64,000 bases of DNA. Source: a virus. This document shows positions 10,169-22,100 of this stretch, piece after piece (position 1 is the stretch's first letter; every line of letters starts with the position of its first letter). Made by a program: the position numbers and the translations under genes. Location of the stretch: IMG/VR virus record IMGVR_UViG_3300023179_000032, positions 32,001-96,000 of that record; one strand, written 5' to 3'. The notes below the pieces were generated by a model that was given only the letters and a program-made list of their open reading frames with translations, did no database searches and was not told the DNA's origin.

Positions 10169-13100
10169 TTATTCCTCATCTGTCCTTGCAATATCAGAAT
10201 CAAAAGTATAGTTTGTACTATCTAAAGTAGCCTTTGTTCCTTCATAAGTATCTACATCAATCTGTAAAAATTCTGCAATCTTATTATTAGATTCACTCAA
10301 ACTTTTACCAATATCACCCCAAACTGTTCCTTGTTTTCTTACTATGGTTATTCGTTTATTTAATGGATCTTCACGTAATTTTATAAACCCAAGGTCTTTG
10401 TTTACACTAGCTCCATGATTTACCCCATCTGTTATTAGATCAGCTGCATAAGATATGTCACCTTCTGGGCTATGCGGACTAATAGTTTTATCGTGTATAC
10501 TATACGGAATCTTTTTCAATCTATTAGTTCCAACAAATACCTCTAAATCTAGTACACGTTTATTATAGTTTGTTGTACTATCTGGATCATCTACTATAGG
10601 TTCCCAAGGTACAACCAATGTATTTGAAGAATCATCTAAAAATGCTAGATCAGTACGTGCCCAATTAAGATTTTTTACACTTGGATAATGTGTTATATCA
10701 CTTTCTACTAGTTCCCACCAAGTTGGTTCAAGATTAGGTGTTTTGGAAACATTTAGATTCTGTTTACTTCTATAAAGCTTTTCGTTATATATGACCTGTT
10801 GATTTAAAATATAAGTTTTACTTGATTCCCAAAGTTTATAATTAATTCCAGTAATCTGCTGCCAACTTTGTCCGTTGTAATTTACTACCTCATCCTGCAA
10901 GTACCTATAATTCGGATCCCAAATACCTAACCATTTGTAAGTTTTTGTTTCATCCTTATATGGTACTGTTTCTCTAAAACCAATATCATATACTTCTGTT
11001 CCTAACTTATGAACCTTAGGAACTCCTGTTCCCATAGTGCCTCTGCGTAGTTCTGTTATTTTATTACCAATACGACTCATATATTCAATACGTTCACCAT
11101 TAATGTACACGACCCCAGGTACGTTTGATATTCTATTAGCTTCAGATATTACTGATGAATCTTCAATATAGATGTCTTTATCTGTAGCATTTAAATTGCG
11201 TAATAATCTAGTAGTTCTATTTTTATTCAATCTAATATATGAATAATTGTTTAACATATCCTTAAAAATCATAAAACGCACAGGTATTCTATTAACATTA
11301 CTACTAAAAGTGATGATACCAAATCTATCATCTTCATTAGGAGTTTCAGTAAATCTAATACTGCGTCTATCTTCTCTTAAGATATAATCTGTTAAGGGTA
11401 CTAATAGTTTTTGATTTTTTGTTACCCAAACATAATTTGAGTTTTTAATTTGTGTATCAAAATACAATACTCCGCCACTAGCCTCAATTAAAACAGGATA
11501 ATATATGCTATCTATTAGATTGTTTACATTTTTTTCTATAGTTAAGTAAAATCTACCAATATCCAATAGGTCGTGATTAGTCATTGCTAAAATTTCTACC
11601 TGTGTGCCTAAAGGATAAACTGTCCTTAGTCTTATTCTACTATAACCTAAATCATTATCTATACGATATTCAGCAAACTTAGTAATAGAAACTGTAACTT
11701 CTGCATTTTCCTTATAATAATTAGGCTTAATTGTAATAGTCTTTTCTAACAAATTTAAAGAATAAGCAATAGCATCTGGAACTTTTATGCTATTAATAAA
11801 AACTTCATAATCAGTAGTACTGTATACATCAAGATCACCTTTGTTTAAAGGAATAGGATAAGTTACTTGTCTATTCTTTAGTATAAACCTAAATTGATCC
11901 ACACTATCTAAAATAGTATCACCAACTCTAACTAGTGTGTTTGGACCTAAAGGAGTTTTGTATCCAACAATATTATCTAAACGATAGAATTGATTAACAC
12001 CATCAGTTGTAATAATTTCTCTAGTTAATATACTTTGATCTGAACTACTGCCTAAAAATACACTGTATAGTACAACATCACCTACATTTAATACTTCGGG
12101 GAATGTTACACCAATTTTTCCAACTTTAATGTATGATTCTACATCATCTAAAATTTTAACCCAATATTTAGAATTTACTACAAAATCTCTATCTTCTTGG
12201 CTATAGACTAAGGGTAAATTGCTAAAATTATTATCTATTAAGGATTGATATACTTTAGTTTGATAAACAACCTCATCATTTAATTTATAACTAACATTGG
12301 ATTGCCAAGCACCTCTAGTTTTAAAAGGAATATTTGATATTGGTTTACCAGCTACTACAGTATAAACACTGATATTGTCCTGATAATCTGCATCCAATAC
12401 TATAGTAGTGTTTTCTTCAGTTGCTACAATACTATCAATAGTAATTAAATTAGTACCATTAAAACCAAATCCTAAAATAGATAAGTTTTGACCAGCAGGT
12501 GGAGTATTTAAAAGTATAACATTTAAATTATTATAATCAAAATAATAATCATCACCTATTAATATGTCATCGTTTAATTTTACAATGATAGCTTTTTCAT
12601 TATTTGGATATGACGTTAATTTAAACTCTTTAGTAACGCCATCTGTAATATACCTAATACAATTAATTTCACTAGTAACAGTTATATTTCTTTCAAATAC
12701 TTTAATAGCCAATGTATCAGCAACATGCCCTGGAATCATTTCTTCAGGTGCTGGACTGGTCATTGGGGTGATAAATCCATCTCCATCAATTATGATATCA
12801 TCAGCACGTATACCAGAAGCTGTTCTATATGTTGGGTTGGCTGCTAGATTACCACCTTCTATAATGGTATCATAAATTTCATCGTCTGTTGGTTCTCCTG
12901 AATCCCATCCTTTACTGGCCCAACTAAATTCTCCATCCCACAGGTTTAACTTACTAAATCCAATACTGCTGATACTTACTCCACCATAATCAATACCAGT
13001 CATTAATTGATCAAAATCAATTCCTAGCATACCAGCAGTTGGCTTATAAAAATGCTTGATTCTTTCCAATGCGTTTAAATTATTGAAATCTTTTTGATAC

Positions 13101-16100
13101 TCAATGCGTATAGGCAAGTTTTCACCTGGAGGATAGTCAAACGTCACACTACCATAATAAACAGTATAACCCTTTTTTTGTGATGTTAACTTTTGAACTT
13201 CATATTCTGTAACAAAAATTTCTACATTATCTACAAAAACTTTAAATTTAGTTCTATCTATATCTGGGCTGTATCTTAGTTCGAAAGTTATAGTACTGCC
13301 ATCACCCGTAAATGTATCAATCACATTGACATTTAGGACATCATCAATACTTTCTTTTTCATATCTATCAAATTTTACTGCTAATCTACTATTTCTAATT
13401 AGACTATTGCCTAAAATAGCATATACACTTGCTTCTCTGCCAGTTTCAGTAAATTGACCTCTAATTCTAATTTGCGGAGCTATATAATAACCTTCTCCTG
13501 GATCCAGTATATCTACCTGTACAATTTTGCCTCTATTGATGTAAAATTTAATTTTTAAAGGTCTAGTACATTCACCTGTTATTTCTACTGTGGGGTAGCT
13601 AGTATATCCTTCACCTTGATCAATAATCTGTACTTTGGCCACATTAAAGGTTGTATTATTAAGCCAAGAATTCCAAGGTTGCAACTTAAACAAATTTTCA
13701 TTTTCAATAAACACAGAATTTTTTTCAAATTGTGTAAACAATGTGCGTATTTTACCTGTTTTATTAATATAAGATGGTAGATCAAAATCAGTTATTAGAC
13801 TATTACTACTTTCTATAGTGTCATATACACTTACGAATTCTCTTATTTTAGTTCTAAAGGGCTTTACTTCTTTAATATAACTTTCGTAATCTTCTAAATT
13901 ATCGTTATTAAAATTAACTTTTTGACGTAAAGGACCTACAAAATGTAAGACCTTAATAAAACTAGTCTTAAAAATCCAATCTACAAAGGGTTGTTCTTTT
14001 AAAATATATCTAATAGAAGCAAAGAATAAATCTATATAAATCTTTCTTCTATTATCTACTAAAATTTTATTTTTTAAACTGTTTAATATAATTCTTAATT
14101 CTTGTGAACCAACCCTATCATATAAATCACTATCATATAGTAATCCATCATAGCCTTGATCATTTATTCTAAAATTATAAAAATCAGTGCTAAGTTGTAT
14201 AGCTCCGTTTTTTCGACCTACTATTCGATATATTTGGGTATAATCTACAGCTATATCATTAGATATTTTAAGAGCTAGCACCCAATCATCAGACGAACCA
14301 ATATTGTTAACTTTAACAATATCACCAATATTTGATTGTACTTTTAATAGTTCATCATAATCATTAACAAGATGATTAATCTTTGTGAATTGATTATAGC
14401 CATCTTCATACCAATCAATAAAGTACCAATATTTTGTTACATCAAAATCTTTAGTTTTTACCTTAACCCAATTATTATTGATAAAATGGTAAATGGCCCA
14501 TTCATTTAGTGTATTTTCATCACTGCGAACAACTACACTTAAAGGTCTTACAGTAATAGTTGTGCTAGCACTATAGTTAAGACCCTTATTTAGAACTTCC
14601 ACATTTGTGATAGATCCTACAGAATTTATAGTTAATTTTAATTCGGCATTAGTACCTGTGCCAGATATAGTAACTGATGGAGGTACTTGATAACCATAAC
14701 CTTTCTCTATAATCTTAACCTGTGTTATTTTTCCTTGGAATACAACTGGTTCTAATTTAGCCTGAACAAATCTTTGTGATACTACAAATCTTAATTCACC
14801 ATAAACATCTTTTATATAATCGTAAAGACCAAAGCTTATGTGTGGTATTTCATCTTTTATATAAAAATCACTTAGATCAATATTATCAACCTGTATAGAT
14901 TTAAAATCATTATTAAACTTTTCAACTAGTAGTTTTACTGCTTCTAGTCTATTAACAAACATTGTTTGATTGGGGTTAAATTCAATACCGTAACGCAGTT
15001 TAGGTGGTATGTTTAATCTAGGTAACATAACACCGCTATCATCAAATCCAATTAAACTATCAAACCATTTCTTTTCAATATAGGGTGGTATGGATGTTTT
15101 TTCATTGTTTGATATAATCTTGTATTCATTGTGTACCTGTAGATTTTTAGGATCTTGTATCCAATATTGTAAACTTAATAGTATATTGTCCTTATCTAAC
15201 AAAGGAGTTACATTGGCCAAACTAAATGCATTTTTATCTAAAAATTTAATATATTTGATATTAGCATTTTTAGGATTTTCAATAATTGTTGTACAATCTA
15301 TAGATGCTATTTTTCTGCCATGCTTGTTAGGTATTATTTTTTTATTTTTTACCCAAAAATAGTAGGTTAAATTTACCTTATTACTTAGATTATCATAACT
15401 TTTTTTAATGCTATAAGCTTTATCACCATATAAGCTAAGACCACTTATTCCTAAACTTATACCATCAACAGTGTCAGCAAGTTCGTCCCATTGACTAGGT
15501 AAAAATCTAGATTCTACCCATTCGTAAACATCTATACTTGCAGTTGGGAATAAGGTGTTCCAAACACTGTTATTGTATACAACATCACCTATTGTCGCAT
15601 CTAAAAACTTAGCTCTACGTAGATCCCACCATAACATACCAACCTGTGCATCTGTCCAAGCCAAACCATCATCAACACTGATAGGACTGATGAACCCACT
15701 GTTTTTATAACTATAATTTGCAGGATCATAGTAAGTTTTAAATTTAATTTCTTGTTCGGCTATGCCTGCAATTTTACCCATTTTTGGATTAATAATATCC
15801 AAATATGTAATTAAATTATTATTTTTTCTATTATATAAGAATATTTTTTTGAACCAGTCTAAACTAATAGGGTCCTTTTCATGTAATTCTTCATTCCAGC
15901 TATAGGTGTTTCTTTTCTTTTCATGAATATATACAACACCATCTCTACTGTTTTGACTATTAGTTAGATTATGATTACCTATTATAATAGTATTATCGCC
16001 TATAGTTATGCTAGGTATTTCAGTAGTAACTGTAGGACTTATTGATAACGATTCTGAAAATATAAATTTTGTATTATATCTATCAAAAATATCAACTCTT

Positions 16101-19100
16101 CCGACATCAGTTAAAAAATTAGAATCTGTTATATTTGTATAATTTACATCAATAGATGGTGCGTCACCTTTTCTACTTAGGATTACTAATGTTTTAGGCG
16201 TATCAGAATTATCATCATTAACAAACTTAACTTGGTAACCAAATTCCTCATTACTTTCTGCATTTCTATTATTAATAGTTTGAAATAATGCAAAATTACC
16301 ACTAGTCTTTTTATAAATTCTAACAGCACCTTGATTAGTAAAATTATTAGTATCCTCTAAATTAGCACCTACAGCAAGATATTGATTATTACTGCTTATT
16401 GATACACTATGTCCAAATCTATCCACAGTGTTTTCCACTGTTTGTATTAAACTATATGAATTATTATATACATAAACTTTTTTAGTAACTGCATCTGAAA
16501 TTACTATATTATTATAATCTTTACTAACGTCAAAATCTGAACAAAAACCTATGCTTGGTGTAACTAATTCTATTTTAATTCTTAATGATGCATCTACAGG
16601 ATTAAAAATATACAACCCATCACCTAAACAATTAACAAATAAATTATATTCTACTAAATTTGGGTTAGGATTTTCTTTTACAATAAATTTTAATTTAGTA
16701 CCAAAATTTAAGTTTACGTTTCCAGGTTTAATAATTGTAGTTTTATAAGTGTAATCTTGATTAGATTTTAAATTTGTTAGATAGTGTACACCTGGTAAAC
16801 TTTTCTTTAATGTTAAAACTTCCTGTAGCTCAACATCCTTAGTTAAAATAAAACTGTTAGAATCAATGACTTTCACATAGTATTCTTGATCATCCTCTGT
16901 TCCTACAATAGTATTAGTTAAACTTGTTAATTTAACTAACGTACCGTCAGCTAAACCATGTTGATTTATAACAATTCTATTATTTAAATAATCTAACCTA
17001 TTACCTGTAGTCAAAGTAAAATCACTATTGAATACTAAAGTTTGTTGTGGTATTGAGTAAACAAGAATAACTCTTTCTAAAGTTGTAGCATTACGTTTTC
17101 TTATGCCACTAATTGCTATAAATCGAAAATCTTCACTTACTGCTGTAACATCACCATAATCAAATACGTTATTTTCAGAAAATAAAAGTTGTTTTTTCAC
17201 CCATAAAGGTGTAAGATAAGGTTTTGAATATACTAATACTTGTCGATTACTACTTGTAGTTTCTGTCCAAAACAAATTATCTGTAGGAACATTAGTTGTG
17301 TTAGATATACAAACATAAAACTTGCCATCTGTAGGATAAAAAACTACATCATTAACTGTATAAGATGTGCCTAAATTAAAATTATATTTGAAAACTTCTT
17401 TTTTTCGTAATGTAACTAATAACAAAGTAGTCAAACTATTAGTACTAACTCTATAACCAAATTCTTGATTGGGTTCAATATTATAATTGCTTAAATTTGT
17501 TTTTTTGTATACTTTTTTATTTTTCCAAATGCTTTCATAACTTTCATTACTAATCCAAGCTAGTTCACCATAAGGCCAATCATTAATTTCTAAATTAATA
17601 TACTTAGGTACTAACAAATTATCTATATTACTAAATCTATGTTCTGTAAAATTATATGTTATTACGGTAGGTATATTTAAATTATTAAGTTGAAATCCTA
17701 CAGGTATAGCAATTTTAAAAGTTTTAGCTACTGCATCTACTGCTGTAACTATATAAAATCCAAATAATTTATCGTAATCTGATGTGATAGCTAGTATGTC
17801 GTTGACCTGTATATTTGGAAAAATATTATAAGTAAATTGCACTTGATTACTAACAACAACAACATTTGTAATTGTAGAATAAAGTTTATTATATCTAAAA
17901 ATATTCCAATCATCATTAAATTGATTTATTTTCTTTTGAAAACCACACCATACATAATCACCTGAAACTAGATCAGATGGGGAAATCAAACTATCTTCCT
18001 GCATGGTTATTAGATCACTTAGATCATCTAATATTACTTTGGCCATTTCAACTTTACAAAATCCTGGTGTTTTTAATAAAGGATAGGGAGTATCATCAAC
18101 AGGCCATAAATTTTTGTCGTAATTTTTTGGTTTTAGATAGATATCGTTAGCTGTGTATCTTATAACAAAATCATTTTTACTAGGATCGATCTCGTCTACT
18201 ATTTCAAATGGCTGTGGATCTAATTTAAAAAATGTTTCATCTAGTGCAAATTCCACTTCATCATATGATTCAGTTGATCCAAATCTACCTACACGTATGG
18301 CCCATTCTTCTAAAAATTCAAAGCTATCTTTACCATCAGAACTTAGTACATCAAATAGTTTGTTAAGGCTGTTAACTGTGCCTTTTTCTGTGATCATTCC
18401 CTGATAAAATTTAAACTCACTGACATCATTTTTAATAATATTGCTTAGATATTGGCGTTTTTGATATCCTATTAGATGTTGAGCTATTCGCTGTTGATCA
18501 ATGTCAAAGTTATCACTATCTAAATCATAAAAATCTAAAAATTGTAAAGACTTATAATCCCAATTAGGTATTAATTTAGATTCAGGAGCAGTGGCCAGTT
18601 TATTCCATTGTGTATTATCAAAATTTTCACTACCAATTATTTTTGTTAAAGCACTGTAATAAAATTCTTTATACTTAACTATATCACCTATATTATAATC
18701 AATCCAAGAAGTCCATTCTTGGATATGTGCTTCATCATATACAAAGCCTGGGCTATCAAAACTACCATTCCAGTCTATAGTTTTATACCCGTATACCTTA
18801 AGTCTTTCCTGTCTATATCCTGTTGATTTATTAAAAATTACATCGTTAAACTGTGTAACATTATCTATAATAAGTACGTGTTCTTTTTGTACTAGATATA
18901 GTCCCAATCCGTAGATACCTAGCTCAGTATTTTTAGGTTTGACTATAAATTTTCCGTTTTCTCTATAAAAATTTAAATCTTCTGGCTTATATTTTCCACC
19001 ATCTGCTCTAAAAATTTCATATTCATAACTATTCAAAATGTCATTTACTACATTATATTCCAAGTTAACAGAAATTTCTAGTGCGGAAGGACTTAAACTT

Positions 19101-22100
19101 ATAGCACTGGCTCCATCACTATTAATGTTATCAATCTGTAAAAAATATTGTTCTTCGAAATTATTTTGACTTATATGAGGTACAATAGTTCTATAAAATT
19201 GTCTATTATATAAAACTATGTCATTGTACAAATAATTTGTTAATTGAAGCCAATCTCTATAGCTATCTGATCCAGCACTCCAGTTTTGAGTAGTCCAAAA
19301 CAAAAATTCTTTAACACTCAAACTCCAATCACCTATAGAATTAATTTCTGAAATATAATTAGTAAAGATAAAACCTTGACTTTTTAAATATTCTTGATAT
19401 CCTAAAAGAAAATCTACAACTTCTTGTTTACTATAAATGATAGATCCATAAGTTAATATAGTAGGAGTAGGATCAAATTCACTTCTTATATTTGCATCTG
19501 CTCCACCAACAATAGGTAGAGCTGCTAGTTTAGCCAATAAATTATAGCTAGGATTACTACTGCTAGTATGAGATGTTTTTACTCTATAGTATCCATCCCC
19601 TATTCTAACAATATTACCCGCAACATATCTTTGTTGTGCTTCCCAAACAATAAAGCTTTCACTAATTCCACCTACATTGATGTCATAGCCTTTTTTGGTC
19701 CAAGGAAAATAATAAAAGTATGGTTGACTTAGACTATAACCTTTAATTTCATAACCTAATCCTAATTTTGTAACAACTTTTGTTACAATAACACCACTAT
19801 AAAATAGCTTTTTAGTTGGACTACTAGTGTTTAATATAACTTTATAATTTTCTTTTGGCACAAATACACTAGTTTTTGAATTAACATTCCTACTATCTAA
19901 TATTAAATTAAATTTTTCTTCACTAGTATAACCACTTATTCTGTGACTGAGCTTATTGGTTAATTGTGAAAGTATAGTCTTATAATCTGAAAGTGCTTTC
20001 TTTTCATTAGATAATAGATAATCAACAACATAATTAACTAATCCGCTAGTTTGTATTCTTTCGCTATCAGATGCTACACTTGTTATTTTTAAATCTTTAA
20101 GTTGTAGTCTTAAACCTGTTTCTGTGTAAACTAATTGATCAGAAGGATCTCTTTCTATTCTTGATCTGTCAAAATACACACTAAACACCTTATTAGGTGT
20201 CATTAATATCATATTTTTTAGAAAGCAAAAAGAATAATAACTACTTCTTCTCCAAGCGTTTTCAACTGGTCCAATGTCACCAAATATATAATTTTTATCT
20301 ACTCTATTATTAAACAATCCAGTTGCAATATTAGTTGCTATAGGATCTAATAATGCTCCTTGATCAGTAGTAGGAATATTATCTAAAATTGGTTTGACAA
20401 ATTTACTGTTTACTCTTAAAGGTTTATTAGGCTCTCTAATTACGCCATCTCTAAGATCATTCCAAAGCACATAATTATCACTAGTATATGGCGCAAGTCC
20501 GTACACTTCGTCCCACCATTTTGGTTTAATACTAAATCCTAAACTTTCCCAAGGAGCAATATGTATACGATCAGTATCAAAATACCATTTATAAATTCCA
20601 CGCCAATAACCATCTAGAGTAGTTTTATCAAAACTTTGACACTCAGAATAATTATAAGTAAATGGATTTGAACTCTTATAATTAACAGTTCTACTAAAAT
20701 CTTGATCTATTAGTAAAGTCCATTTAAAGAAATTAGAACTTATTATTTGATTAAATTCTTGTTTAGAATAATCTGTATTTCTATTAGAACCTTCAATATA
20801 ATTGTATATGTCAATAACATTTGGATCATATTCTATTTTAATATTATTAAAAATACGTTTTTCTAATTCTAAAATAAGATCATCTCTAAAATCATCAAAT
20901 GCTGCAATAATACTCCCATCGTGTCCTTGTATAACATTTTGAGGATACTGTAATGTTGTATCTAAATATTTTTTTGGTTCAAATTTTGGATACAAACCTA
21001 AACTTGTTGGGGTAGGTGGTATAAAACAACCATCTGTACTATCATACTCAAACATATCAACAATGTCATCTTCCTTTAATTTAACGAAGACTTTTACAAA
21101 TCCTTGATCAGTAAATTCGTAATCTCTTTTGTAAAGTAACTGTTGATTATTAACATATATGTAGGTAGCACCTGTACTTAACTTGTTTAAATTAAATAGC
21201 CTACTAAGAGGAAATTGATCTTGTACAAATTCTTTTATTTTAAATTGCGTATGTTTTTGTCCATTATATGCCAGCATATCACTAAAATAATAAGGCATTG
21301 ATTTTGTTTTATTAAGATTAATATTACGTAGTAGATCGTCAACAGAAACTTTAATATTTTCTATATCTTCTAAATATTCACTGTTGAAAATGAATGATCT
21401 TTTAAATTTATTATAATCATTCATTGCCATATCTATTGCTTTTAATATATTGGCATTGTTATCAGTAAGATGATACAATGATAAATTCATACTACCACTG
21501 TGCTGTATAAACTTAGTTCCTCTTTCTGTTAAGTTACCTATATCACGTAGGTTACCAGGTCCTGGATATACTCCCTTAAAATTGTCAAGACTGTCTATTA
21601 TTGAATCTACATGATCAATTACTTCGCCTAGTGTAAATGACTCTACATTTTCATTTAGTGGGTTATTTTGAAAACTTAATGGAAATTCATAGTATCCATT
21701 AGCATTTTTAGGTTGACTAGTATAACATTTTAAAGTAACAACATCGTTTTCAGTTATATCTTCTGCTAATTTTACAAGTTTATAAACTACACCGTCTCTT
21801 ATTTGAAATTGATTAAAATCTAATCTTTTTCCGTTAATATAAACTTTTAATCTTAAGTCATCTAAATTATCCTTATCATCAAACATATCTAAAGGAAAAT
21901 CATTAACAATTAATTTATTTGTAGTGTTAACTAGTTCATATTCATTTTTATATACTCGAATAACTGGCTGAGTATTTTCTAATACGTTCTTTTCCCAACC
22001 ATTAACTAATACTTTTTCATTTGATGTGTTTAATATTTGTAAAAACTTATTAGATGTAATGTCTGTTATAGTTGTAGTAACTATTTTATATTTGAAAATA